Virus record (IMG/VR): IMGVR_UViG_3300037483_001170
Span: 32,001-96,000 of that record
Source: a virus
DNA length: 64,000 nt
Strand: one strand, 5' to 3'
Notes under the pieces: model-generated
What the model was told of the DNA's origin: nothing
Seen by the model: only the letters and a program-made list of their open reading frames with translations
Databases searched by the model: none
Translations under genes and position numbers: made by a program
In this document: positions 55,482-64,000 of the stretch, one piece after another
How positions within the stretch are numbered: the first letter of the stretch is position 1
Layout: each line of letters starts with the position of its first letter

Positions 55482-55841
55482 CTACTCGCCCAGAATCTTG
55501 CCTACTAGCACGCCGAGTCGGTCGAGCTTTTCGTGCGCCAGCAGGTGTTCGAGAGCGAGCCGGTGCCATTCTTCGGCGACACACCAGGCACGACCCACCG
55601 CGAGGGCCTCGGCGCACTCCTCGAAGATCGGCATGCTCCAGAGCGACGGCTTGGCCTCGGTGCCCGTAACGCCTGGAGCCACATCAACAAACCGCCAGAC
55701 CTCAACCCGCCACCGCCGCGCGCCGCCGTATCGGTTCAACGTCAGCTGGGCTTGCACCAGCCACTCGCCTCGCGTCTGACTGCGATCGCTGACCCACGTC
55801 CAGTCGTCACGGCATGGCACAACACTGTCTGACACGGCCAT
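55482..55841 (-). CDS. Hypothetical protein
   Basis: Operon-consistent ORF. Confidence 0.5.
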   Translation of the reverse strand: MAVSDSVVPCRDDWTWVSDRSQTRGEWLVQAQLTLNRYGGARRWRVEVWRFVDVAPGVTGTEAKPSLWSMPIFEECAEALAVGRAWCVAEEWHRLALEHLLAHEKLDRLGVLVGKILGE

Positions 55842-55843
55842 GG

Positions 55844-56041
55844 CTACGCCGCAACCTCGACTGCGTCCTGTGGCCGCACCTCGACGAGCTTTCGGCCGAT
55901 CTTCAGCACAAGGAGAACCTTCCGGCCGTCCGCCCGAAAGCGACGGAACTCGCCGATGACGTCGTCGCCACCCTTGCTGCGTACCTTCACCCTGAGCCCA
56001 ACGCGAGGCGACCCATCAGCCATGAACTCCGCGATCTTCAT
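55844..56041 (-). CDS. Small SH3/KOW-like protein divergent from the recombinase
   Basis: Beta-rich VGLRVKV..VIGEF..LVEV; promoter TTGACT-17-CATCCT. Confidence 0.5.
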   Translation of the reverse strand: MKIAEFMADGSPRVGLRVKVRSKGGDDVIGEFRRFRADGRKVLLVLKIGRKLVEVRPQDAVEVAA

Positions 56042-56101
56042 GATGGGGCAGGATGTCGGACACTGGCCAGAGAGTCAACAGGCGTGGCACACTCGGGCCC
56101 G

Positions 56102-57136
56102 ATGGCACAGCCGCTGGCGCACATCGTCCCCACTCCCACCGACCGCGGTCTCGTGCTCAGTCTCGGCGGCGATGACCCGCGGCGTACGCGCGAGATCATC
56201 ATGGCGATGTACGCGTACCTGATCGACAAGCCGATCAACACGCGACGCACGTACCGACAGGGCATCCGACAGTTTCTCGATCTGACGCGGTGGAGGGACG
56301 TCCGGCAGATCTCGCTCGCCGACGCGGCGCACTACAAGCAGTGGCTCATCAACCAGAACTACAGCAAGAGCACCATCTGCACGCGGCTCGCTGCCGTCGA
56401 CGGCTTCTTCGGCTACCTCGCTCGGAAGCAGATCCTCACGCAGAACCCGTTCGACCTCGTCACCCGAAAAGACGTCCTGCCGACGCCGGTCCCCTGCGTA
56501 CCGGTCGAGGATGACGACTTCCAGAAGATGCTCGATGCACTGCCCACAGATCCGATCGGCATGCGCGACCGCGCCGTCCTCATCTTCCTGGCCTACACCG
56601 GACGCCGCCGCTCCGAGGCCGCGGCTCTGCGCATCGCTGACCTGAACATCAACACGAGCCCCCGCACCTACCGCGTAACCATGAGGGACGGTCAAGAGAA
56701 GACGTTCGAACTGCCGGACGAGGTCTACCAGGCGATGCGCTCGCACTGGCTCAGCTCGCAGCGCCTGAAAGACCTAGGACCCGACAGCGCCGTCTTCGGC
56801 GAAGCGAAGCCCTGCCCGATGGCAGCCGGCATGAATCCGGAACGAGTCCTACACCACGACCTCATCTGGCAGATCGTGAACCGCGCAGCCGTACGCGCCG
56901 GCCTAGAACCGTCGAAGATCAAGATTCACGGCCTGCGACACATGGCGGCGCGCGATCTTGGCAAGAGCGGCGCACGTCTTCGAGACGTCCAGGCGTTCCT
57001 TGGCCATGCGTGGCCCAGCGCTGCGCAGCGCTATCTTGGACAGCTCCGTGAACCGCCCGCCGTTCTCCGTGATGCGCTACGGAGCGTACGACGCGCGGCC
57101 GCACAGAGCGCCGAGCCGATCGTAGACGTCGCCTGA
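56102..57136 (+). CDS. Tyrosine recombinase / integrase
   Basis: NTRRTY, TICTRLAAV, RDRAVL..TGRRRSE, HGLRH, LGH, QRY. Confidence 0.9.
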   Translation: MAQPLAHIVPTPTDRGLVLSLGGDDPRRTREIIMAMYAYLIDKPINTRRTYRQGIRQFLDLTRWRDVRQISLADAAHYKQWLINQNYSKSTICTRLAAVDGFFGYLARKQILTQNPFDLVTRKDVLPTPVPCVPVEDDDFQKMLDALPTDPIGMRDRAVLIFLAYTGRRRSEAAALRIADLNINTSPRTYRVTMRDGQEKTFELPDEVYQAMRSHWLSSQRLKDLGPDSAVFGEAKPCPMAAGMNPERVLHHDLIWQIVNRAAVRAGLEPSKIKIHGLRHMAARDLGKSGARLRDVQAFLGHAWPSAAQRYLGQLREPPAVLRDALRSVRRAAAQSAEPIVDVA

Positions 57137-57183
57137 CTGACCCGTCTGCGCCCTTGCGCCACCTTCAGTCGACGGGACCGGTC

Positions 57184-57993
57184 TCACGTCTTCAGCTTCG
57201 GCTGCCGCGCTGCCCAGATCGCCAGGCCACCCATCAGAAGTGCGCCACCGCCACCCGCCACAACCCACGGAACCCAGCTAGGTACGCCAGCAAAAACGCT
57301 CCGCTGAGCCGTGTGCCCCTCATGTTCAATCGTCACGTAGTTCTCGGGCCAACCGATTGAACCCCCGCGGGGCGCACTGTCACCCCCCTCCGAGAGGTAC
57401 CAGTTTCCGTCTCGCATCACGATGCGTGACTGCGGGTTCCGGCGCATGAAGCTGGCCGACACAGTCGCGTCGGCGAAGTCCGTCGCACGTGGCACAGCGT
57501 TCGGCGTGCGCGCCTGCGCCCAGCGAAGCACCGTCGGCGCAGACGGCAGACTGTCCCACGAACGGCTTGCTGCTTCCTGGCGGCGCGCCAGCTGCGACGG
57601 CGTACACCGATCTGGATGTGCCACACAGCCCGATCCGGACATCGAAGCCCAGATCGGATTCACCGGCTGACTGTGCGCGCGCACGAGTGAGGCGAGGTTC
57701 GAGCCCTGACGGTTCGCCAGCCGCTGCGCGTACGTCCAGAGCGTCGCGTTCTTATTGCCGCCCTCGTACTGGATCGAGCGTGCAAGCCAGAGCGCGTCCT
57801 CCGGTGTGATCTGGTACGACCAGCCGTCTGCCGTTCTGATGCGACCCAGCTGGGAAGCAACAGGCGCCGCACCCAGGCCCATCGCCTCGCGCGAGATGCG
57901 CCAAGACGGAATTGGCACAGCTTTCACCGTGCGAAAAGACGAGCCCCGATGCAGATCGAGGTCATACAGCGGTACTCCGGCGCGGTAGCTCAT
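57184..57993 (-). CDS. Membrane-anchored SleB/Hydrolase_2-like cell-wall hydrolase candidate
   Basis: EDALWLARSIQYEG; MSY start, MGLG, C-terminal TM. Confidence 0.5.
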   Translation of the reverse strand: MSYRAGVPLYDLDLHRGSSFRTVKAVPIPSWRISREAMGLGAAPVASQLGRIRTADGWSYQITPEDALWLARSIQYEGGNKNATLWTYAQRLANRQGSNLASLVRAHSQPVNPIWASMSGSGCVAHPDRCTPSQLARRQEAASRSWDSLPSAPTVLRWAQARTPNAVPRATDFADATVSASFMRRNPQSRIVMRDGNWYLSEGGDSAPRGGSIGWPENYVTIEHEGHTAQRSVFAGVPSWVPWVVAGGGGALLMGGLAIWAARQPKLKT

Positions 57994-58030
57994 GTGCAAA
58001 GCGTAGCGCATCACGAGCAAAACTTGCCAG

Positions 58031-58039
58031 TGTCCGACA
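58031..58039. promoter_or_regulatory. TGTCCGACA palindrome between divergent promoters
   Basis: Intergenic; TATGCT on the + strand and TACGCT on the - strand nearby. Confidence 0.5.
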
Positions 58040-58077
58040 CTTGTGGCAGTGTGTCGTATGCTCCATCAGCACGAGGA

Positions 58078-59496
58078 ATGTTCATGACCGGTCGCGAGGT
58101 AAGCGAGAGGGCCGCCTACGTCACCGAGAAGGCCCGAGCCGACGCCGCCGAGGCCGAGCTGGCGGCGCTGCGTGAGACGGCACGCGAAGTTCTCGACTCG
58201 GACGTGGCGCTCTCGTGCGCCCGCTCGTCCAACATGGACGTCGGCGGCGCGACCGACGAACAGGTCCGGGAGACGCAGCACAGGGCTGACCGCGCGCTCG
58301 GCTCGCTCCGCGCCGCCCTCACCGCCCCCGCCGCGCCCGAGCACAAGGCGAGCGAGCGAGAGGTGGTCGCCGACGCGCAGCCGTTCGACCGCGAACTGCG
58401 CGCGCTGATCAACAAGCACTCGCGCGAGAACGGCAGCGACACGCCCGACTTCATCCTCACGGCGTTCCTCATGCAGTCGCTCGCGGCGTTCGACCACGCG
58501 ACGAAGAGCCGCAGCGAGTGGTACGCGCCGCCGGTCGAGGCGAGCGAGATGGACATGGACGCCGCTGGGCCCGCCACCCCACCCACGACCTCGGCGCAGC
58601 GCGTACCACACGCCGCGACGACCGACGCCGTGCTCGCGAAGCTCCGCGCGATGACGCCGGACGAGGCGCTCGCGACGTTCGTGGCTGCGGGCACCCACAA
58701 CGCCGACGGCTCGCTGACGGCGACGTACGGGGGCGACGCGCAGCGCGGAGGGGATGCGCTGGGGGAGTGGCTGTTGAAACTGTGCAGCGTCGAACACGCC
58801 CACGGGCACAGCGTCGGCCAGCGCGCCGACGCCATCCTCGCCCGCGTCGGCCCGCCTCCCTCGCCCGCGCGAGACGACGGGGCGCCGCTGCACTGCGATG
58901 CGCTGGCGACGTGCATGCGCTCGCGCGGACACGATGGCCCGTGCATCTCCCCTGACGACGTTCGCGGGTCCCCTGCCGATCGGAACTACCTTCGCGGCGT
59001 CGTGACGCTGGCGCGCGCGGAGCCATCGCTACCCGTCGAGTCGGTCATGTACCAAGCGGGCGTGCCGGGCCGTGTCGGCGATGCGGAGCACGAAGCCGCG
59101 TACGCCCTCGGCCATCCTTCCGGCCCGCCCCCCTCGCCCGCGTTCACCGAGGCGGACCTGGACGCACACGTGGAGAGCGCGGCTGTTGCGTTTCTCGCAG
59201 CATGGGACAACGACGGCGACGTTCTCGGCGCGCGATGCGATCTGCGGTCTGCGATCGACCGCGCACAGTTTGCCCGCCGGCTTCCCGATCGTGCAGGCCA
59301 CGTGTTCTTCGCCGAGGCCGATCTGATCAAGGTGGCAACGAAGGCGCGAGAGACGACGCTGGACGCCGTGGAGTGGATCGCCAAGGAGGCCGCACGCACG
59401 GTTCGCCACAACGCCGACGAGGACCCGTACATCACGGCCCGGTCGAACATGGGCCTTCTCGTCGCCGCGTACGTGGCGGAGCGGGGTGCGAGGTGA
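58078..59496 (+). CDS. Mosaic hypothetical protein
   Basis: Contains LINKHSRENGSDTPDFIL module and a duplicated GPPPSPA linker. Confidence 0.6.
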   Translation: MFMTGREVSERAAYVTEKARADAAEAELAALRETAREVLDSDVALSCARSSNMDVGGATDEQVRETQHRADRALGSLRAALTAPAAPEHKASEREVVADAQPFDRELRALINKHSRENGSDTPDFILTAFLMQSLAAFDHATKSRSEWYAPPVEASEMDMDAAGPATPPTTSAQRVPHAATTDAVLAKLRAMTPDEALATFVAAGTHNADGSLTATYGGDAQRGGDALGEWLLKLCSVEHAHGHSVGQRADAILARVGPPPSPARDDGAPLHCDALATCMRSRGHDGPCISPDDVRGSPADRNYLRGVVTLARAEPSLPVESVMYQAGVPGRVGDAEHEAAYALGHPSGPPPSPAFTEADLDAHVESAAVAFLAAWDNDGDVLGARCDLRSAIDRAQFARRLPDRAGHVFFAEADLIKVATKARETTLDAVEWIAKEAARTVRHNADEDPYITARSNMGLLVAAYVAERGAR

Positions 59497-59876
59497 GCAC
59501 TAAGACCAACGCGTGCGATGCGTGTGGCCGGTCGCCCTCTATGCCGGTCGTCGAAGGCGCCCCGTGCATCGCGTTCGGCGGCGACTGCGGCGGGCGATTC
59601 GCGCGCATGTTCCCGGTGCACGAGGGATCGCGTCGTCGTGTCCCCAGCTGCCCGAGGTCGGTCCCGTGGGGAGTGCTCGCGTCGCACGAGCGGCAGGCCG
59701 TCCAGAACCACAGCCAGTCGCTAGAGCGCCTCGCCGAGCGCGGCGGGCTCGACCTCGTGGAGATGGTCTGCGTGCTGACCGACGTTCCGTGGCGCGCCGT
59801 GGAGATGACCGAGCGCGAGGCGTTGCCCGTCGTGCTGGCCGCCGTCGCTGAGTACGTCGCCCGGAGCCGCTCATGA
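59493..59876 (+). CDS. Hypothetical phage protein
   Basis: HERQAVQNHSQSLERLAERGGL. Confidence 0.6.
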   Translation: MSTKTNACDACGRSPSMPVVEGAPCIAFGGDCGGRFARMFPVHEGSRRRVPSCPRSVPWGVLASHERQAVQNHSQSLERLAERGGLDLVEMVCVLTDVPWRAVEMTEREALPVVLAAVAEYVARSRS

Positions 59877-60217
59877 CCCGCCCCACGACTCGCCGCGCGA
59901 AGCCCGCGCTGGTGAAGCACAAGGCCGGATGTGAGCGCCGCCGCTGCGACGGCTGCGAGTGCGTCTGCACATGCGGCGCGACGGTTCCGCCGTGGGCCGC
60001 CGACCGCGTCGCGAAGCCCGTGAACCTGAGCCACCCGCCTGTGACGCGGAGAGGGCCTCGGGGCGTCGAGTTCAACGACGCGATCGCGAAACTGAACGCT
60101 GAGAAGGCGGGGCTGGTGAAAGCACCTAGTAGAGGCGGCATGAAGAAGCGCGCGAAGCTCGTGAAAACATATCCCCTCCGCTCCGTCCTCGCCGCGCCTC
60201 GTCGGGGTGCGCGGTGA
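59873..60217 (+). CDS. Basic Cys-rich hypothetical protein
   Basis: Coupled ORF. Confidence 0.5.
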   Translation: MTRPTTRRAKPALVKHKAGCERRRCDGCECVCTCGATVPPWAADRVAKPVNLSHPPVTRRGPRGVEFNDAIAKLNAEKAGLVKAPSRGGMKKRAKLVKTYPLRSVLAAPRRGAR

Positions 60218-60401
60218 CGGCCAGGTGCGCGGTGTGCGGGTGGAAGCGGTTCTACCCCATGCCGCAGAAGAGCACGATCCGCGAGGGCCACCTCCGGACG
60301 ATCTACTGCTTCAACGCCGAGGCGCGCGACCGGCACACGCTCTGCGCTTGGTGCCTTGAACGGCGCGGCTTCTCTCCCCTCAGTCGATCGACGGTGACGC
60401 C

Positions 60402-60611
60402 ATGACCCGCGTCACGCTGACATCGGACCGCGGGTGGAAGCCCGGCGAGCCGCACGACTGGAAGCCGCAGGAGCGCGTGCTCGTCTTGCTCGAAACGCCC
60501 GGCCGCGCTGGCACCGTCGTGTTCGCGGGGGCCGCGCCGCACGACATCGCCGCCGCGCAGGGCATCCACGCCGCCGTTTCCGCCGTTCTCGACAAAGCAG
60601 ACCGCGCATGA
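60402..60611 (+). CDS. Hypothetical protein
   Basis: Coupled ORF. Confidence 0.5.
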   Translation: MTRVTLTSDRGWKPGEPHDWKPQERVLVLLETPGRAGTVVFAGAAPHDIAAAQGIHAAVSAVLDKADRA

Positions 60612-61324
60612 GCATGCGGCGCATGTATTCCAACGGTCAGCGCTTCGGAAAGTGGACGATCACCGAAGCGTACCTGCCCGACCAGCCGAACTACGCGCGC
60701 TGTCAATGCGACTGCGGAACCGTTCGCGTGCTGTCGCGGTCCGCGCTCCAGGCCGGCCGGACCACGCAGTGCCGCCGCTGCTGGATTCCGCAGTCTCGTG
60801 AGTACTTCAACGGTCAGCGCTTCGGGAGCTGGACCATCATCGAGGCGTACGCGCCTGCTCCGCCAGAAGGGCAGGCCGTCTGTCAGTGCGACTGCGGTAC
60901 GGTGAAGCGCATCCAGCGCGGCCAGTTGCGGCACGGTTTAACGAAGCGATGCATGCGCTGTAAGCTAGCGTGGTCGGAACGGCTGATCGGCAAGAAGTTC
61001 CGGTCGCTCGTGATCACCGAGGTCGACGTTGCCGGTAGAATGGCGACGCTGAAATGCGAACGGTGCGAGCGATGTATCGTGCGCGACCTGCAATACGCCC
61101 GCGGCCGTAGTGACAGGAACAGGGTCGGTCGCTGCCCGTACTGCGACGTGGTCGGGAACCCCACCGCGCTTCTTCGCACCGGTGTTACGCGGCAAGCCGT
61201 CTTCGCTCGCATCGAGCGCGGCTGGACACGGGAAGAGGCGACGACGTATCCAAAGGGACAGGCTCCTGAGCGGATCAAGGCGCTGTGGAGCAAGCGGGGG
61301 CCGAAGCCAGGGAGCCCGGTGTGA
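60608..61324 (+). CDS. Protein of tandem CxCxCG zinc modules (homing-endonuclease-associated DNA-binding type)
   Basis: GQRFGxWTI..CQCDCGT twice, a degenerate third copy, C-terminal RIERGWTREEA. Confidence 0.7.
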   Translation: MSMRRMYSNGQRFGKWTITEAYLPDQPNYARCQCDCGTVRVLSRSALQAGRTTQCRRCWIPQSREYFNGQRFGSWTIIEAYAPAPPEGQAVCQCDCGTVKRIQRGQLRHGLTKRCMRCKLAWSERLIGKKFRSLVITEVDVAGRMATLKCERCERCIVRDLQYARGRSDRNRVGRCPYCDVVGNPTALLRTGVTRQAVFARIERGWTREEATTYPKGQAPERIKALWSKRGPKPGSPV

Positions 61325-61671
61325 ACAGGCCGATCCATCTCAAGCCGTTCGTCTCCAGCGGTGAGGTCTTCCTCGTGCCAGGCGAAGCCACGCCCATTAT
61401 CGTACCGATGCAGCTGTTCCAGACATCGGGCGGCGCGGTCGTGCTCCGCATCGGCGATACAACCTACTGGTTCGACGCGAACGGGAAGTACGACGGCCCG
61501 GAGATGAACGTGCGTGCGGTTCCGACGCCTGAGAAGATCGCCGAGATCGCACAGCTACTCGATGACTGCGTGCCCAACAAGGGCCAGGCGCCTGCTACGT
61601 CGTACTTCGGACCAGGTTGCCCAGGCTACGACGCGGAAGTCGCAGGCTGGCCACGAAAGCTGGACTCGTGA
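61321..61671 (+). CDS. Hypothetical protein
   Basis: GTGA-coupled ORF. Confidence 0.55.
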   Translation: MNRPIHLKPFVSSGEVFLVPGEATPIIVPMQLFQTSGGAVVLRIGDTTYWFDANGKYDGPEMNVRAVPTPEKIAEIAQLLDDCVPNKGQAPATSYFGPGCPGYDAEVAGWPRKLDS

Positions 61672-62081
61672 AGAAGAAGATCAAGAAGACGCCCGCGGTT
61701 GTGAAGGGCAAACGCGCCGGCAAAGTGCGCGACTCGTCGCACAAGGGCAAGAAGCGCAGCGGTAGGCTCGTTGCCAGCTCGCCCAAGGCCAAGGAAGTCT
61801 CGAAAGAAAAACTGCGGGGCCAGGACTTCCTGAAGAAGCTGCGGGCGCAGGGTAGCGCATGGTGGACAGATCGCGCCGCAGACACGCGATGCCTCATCAC
61901 GTCAGAGGCGCCGAATGCAGACACCTACTCCAGGGTGCTCGTTGTCGTGGGCAACAAGCTGCGCGTCGGCGCCATCGCCGACAAGCAAGGCCTCCTCGTC
62001 TGCTGCACGGACGGCATACATGCGTTCGTTCCATGGAAGAACGTCGTCGGTCTCGTTCTGGAGACCAAAAAGCGCATGTAG
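61668..62081 (+). CDS. Lys-rich hypothetical protein
   Basis: GTGA-coupled ORF. Confidence 0.55.
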   Translation: MKKKIKKTPAVVKGKRAGKVRDSSHKGKKRSGRLVASSPKAKEVSKEKLRGQDFLKKLRAQGSAWWTDRAADTRCLITSEAPNADTYSRVLVVVGNKLRVGAIADKQGLLVCCTDGIHAFVPWKNVVGLVLETKKRM

Positions 62082-62128
62082 TCGAGAGCCACTTGCAAGA
62101 CGGAGCGGGCCATGCTCATCCTCCCGGC

Positions 62129-62380
62129 ATGGCCAACACGCGTACAGCAACACTCATCCGTGACGAGTTCGAACAGTGGCTCGACGACCACCGTGACGAG
62201 GTGATGGATCACCTCGATCAGCGGCCTCGCAGTCTCGGCAACTGGATCATGGCCTTCAGCAAGGCGATGGCAGCCACCGCCGAGGAGCACGGTCACGAGG
62301 ATGACGAGGGTATCGACGGCGCCTTCGGCAATGAAGAGGGCGACGTGCCCAGCATCTTCGGCGACCTCGACGAGGGCTGA
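62129..62380 (+). CDS. Acidic hypothetical protein
   Basis: ATG after TTGCAA-18-CATCCT. Confidence 0.6.
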   Translation: MANTRTATLIRDEFEQWLDDHRDEVMDHLDQRPRSLGNWIMAFSKAMAATAEEHGHEDDEGIDGAFGNEEGDVPSIFGDLDEG

Positions 62381-63216
62381 TGCGTTTTCGTCTAGGTGAA
62401 GATGAGCATCGGTACCTCACGCTACGCAGCGAGGTCTACCTACGTCTCTTGCCGCACCTGCCGCAGAAGACGCTCGTAGAGGTCATGCGCAACCTCGGCA
62501 AGCTCGAAGCCATGAGCTACGGCGAGGGAATCAAGCAGGGCATGGCGGTCGCGTACCTCGGCACGGCCGAGCTAGATGCGATGATGCCGATCGCGGCGCA
62601 CTCCGTCTTCTATGGAGATGCGTCGACGCCGCTCGGACGCGTCGAGAGCGCTCTCGCCCACGCGGACGACGCCGCTCATCCGTGGCTCACGCAGAAGCCG
62701 GTGGAGTTTCCTCCTCAGACGCTCGCCGAGGCGCTCGCCGCGTACGGTCCGACGCTGGACGCTGCTCCCAACGCAGAAGCGCCGGCACCGCGTACCCGTC
62801 CCGGATGGGTGCGCGTCGAACCGGACCCTGGCGCCGAGCAGGTTGTAGCAGCCCTCGCTGCCCTCGATGAGCTACCGGAAGAGGGCGACGCGCCCGATCC
62901 GTTCGAAGAGCAGATCGCACAGGACACTGCTGACGCGAAAGAGCGCGGAGAAGATCGCGCGCAGAGCCCTGACTACCTCGATCGCGCTCGCTCGACGATC
63001 CAGACGGAAATGAAGAACGGCTGGGAACCGAAAACCTGGACCGACCTCATCTTGCGGCTGATGGCCGTCATGCAGGTCGACGGCGGATTTCTCGACCTTC
63101 AACTCGGCGGAGAGCAGGGACGCGCAGTACTCGATCAGTGCGGACTGCTCAACATCAACCCAGGGGCCGGCGTACTGGTCGATGCCGAAGGGAAGTTCAA
63201 GGGCGTGCGTACGTGA
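62380..63216 (+). CDS. Hypothetical protein
   Basis: TGATG coupling, 278 aa. Confidence 0.65.
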   Translation: MRFRLGEDEHRYLTLRSEVYLRLLPHLPQKTLVEVMRNLGKLEAMSYGEGIKQGMAVAYLGTAELDAMMPIAAHSVFYGDASTPLGRVESALAHADDAAHPWLTQKPVEFPPQTLAEALAAYGPTLDAAPNAEAPAPRTRPGWVRVEPDPGAEQVVAALAALDELPEEGDAPDPFEEQIAQDTADAKERGEDRAQSPDYLDRARSTIQTEMKNGWEPKTWTDLILRLMAVMQVDGGFLDLQLGGEQGRAVLDQCGLLNINPGAGVLVDAEGKFKGVRT

Positions 63217-63506
63217 AGGGCCGGCGTGTGACGGAAATACGCGAGGCGCTCGGCCTGAACCGTGGCCAGTTCGCAGAACTGATGGGCGTCCACTCCGCTT
63301 CGGTCTACCGGTGGGAATCCGCGCGCGGAGAGCTGATTGTCGACCCCTTCCATGGCCGCCTGCTCGCGCTGATGGACAGCACAAAAGCAGGTGCACTTCC
63401 GCGGCTAGGACGGCGCGTTATACCCGCGCTGATGACGCGCGGGCCGCTATACGCGCTGCACCGGTTGTTGGCGGGCCTGTTCAAGCCTAGTACGCTTCGG
63501 GGATGA
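63213..63506 (+). CDS. Xre/Cro-family HTH transcriptional regulator
   Basis: IREALGLNRGQFAELMGVHSASVYRWE. Confidence 0.85.
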   Translation: MKGRRVTEIREALGLNRGQFAELMGVHSASVYRWESARGELIVDPFHGRLLALMDSTKAGALPRLGRRVIPALMTRGPLYALHRLLAGLFKPSTLRG

Positions 63507-64000
63507 AACGAGCAGGCCGGCTGCGGCGAAACGGCGACGACGAAAAACGCCGCATCTCAGCGTCCGACGCTCGCGCCATCTGGCGCGATCTCGGCAGGCC
63601 AGACGTCGATCTGGAGCAGCTTCGGATCGGCATCGAGATCGAACAGGAACACACGGACGACCTGCGCGACGCCGGACGCATCGCGCTCGATCACCTGAAC
63701 GAGTTCAGCGACTACTACACGCGGCTCACGAAGATGGAAGCGCGCGCGAAAGCGGGCCTCCCTCCGAATCCGCAGCTTCACGTGAAGCTCACGCGCGCAC
63801 AGGAAGATCTCATCGGCGAGTTCGATAACATCAACTGGCTCATCGAGGTGGGCCTCACGTACCAGGACGGAACGATCTCAGGCGACCGGGATGCGATGCG
63901 CATGCTCCTCGGCGCGTACGAAGACCGAGCCGATCCGGACGGCGACTGGGACGGCATCGGGGCGCCAGAGCGCCGGACGGCGAGAGCCGCCGTCGCCAAA
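63503..64000 (+). CDS. DUF5661-like protein, 3'-truncated (absent from the ORF track)
   Basis: My translation: MKRAGRLRRNG...LRIGIEIEQEHTDD..IALDHLNEFSDYYTRL..GLPPNP; no stop before the window end. Confidence 0.7.
   Translation, partial: MKRAGRLRRNGDDEKRRISASDARAIWRDLGRPDVDLEQLRIGIEIEQEHTDDLRDAGRIALDHLNEFSDYYTRLTKMEARAKAGLPPNPQLHVKLTRAQEDLIGEFDNINWLIEVGLTYQDGTISGDRDAMRMLLGAYEDRADPDGDWDGIGAPERRTARAAVAK

Noticed and set aside
55814-56101. Long N-terminal extension of the recombinase
   Set aside because: It overlaps the divergent gene 55844..56041. ATG 56102 follows a promoter and gives a normal length.
1-64000. tRNA, rRNA, reverse transcriptase/DGR, transposase, capsid or terminase genes
   Set aside because: None recognised by eye. 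A tRNAscan/Infernal/HMM run is needed to exclude divergent ones.

Overview
High-GC (roughly two-thirds by eye), gene-dense segment of a large bacterial virus or provirus. The host is probably Myxococcota (Polyangia-like), inferred from the 52.4-52.8 kb DNA-binding protein. No capsid, terminase, portal, tail, rRNA, tRNA or CRISPR was recognised. Layout: (i) 0.6-9.3 kb, a sugar-modification cluster (RgpF-like, methyltransferase, GNAT-GT2 fusion with a frameshift, DegT aminotransferase, two GT2, two GT4); (ii) 9.3-15.7 kb, a RuvC-like resolvase, a lone GroES and small membrane proteins that share MSY starts, GLG/GxG motifs and TM-plus-basic-tail C-termini; (iii) 15.7-34.3 kb, two divergent arrays of small early-type genes, plus a GHKL-HExxH protein and an AAA+ ATPase, driven by repeated TTGACA promoters, seven of which carry a covarying 5'-leader hairpin; (iv) 34.3-56 kb, a leftward block with a putative lysis cassette, a NAMPT / ADP-ribosylglycohydrolase / NadM-Nudix NAD module, an Rnl2 / receiver-like / DSP RNA-repair-type cluster, HNH, DNA methyltransferase and 5'-3' exonuclease; (v) 56-64 kb, a tyrosine recombinase, a membrane-anchored SleB-like hydrolase, an Xre HTH and a DUF5661-like ORF that runs off the end. 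The most novel signals are non-coding: the repeated leader hairpin, an upstream promoter box, a palindromic TGTCNGACA operator and a second, leaderless promoter class. The shared GLG and basic-Asn motifs in the putative virion membrane proteins are also notable. All family calls come from motif recognition by eye, not from database searches.
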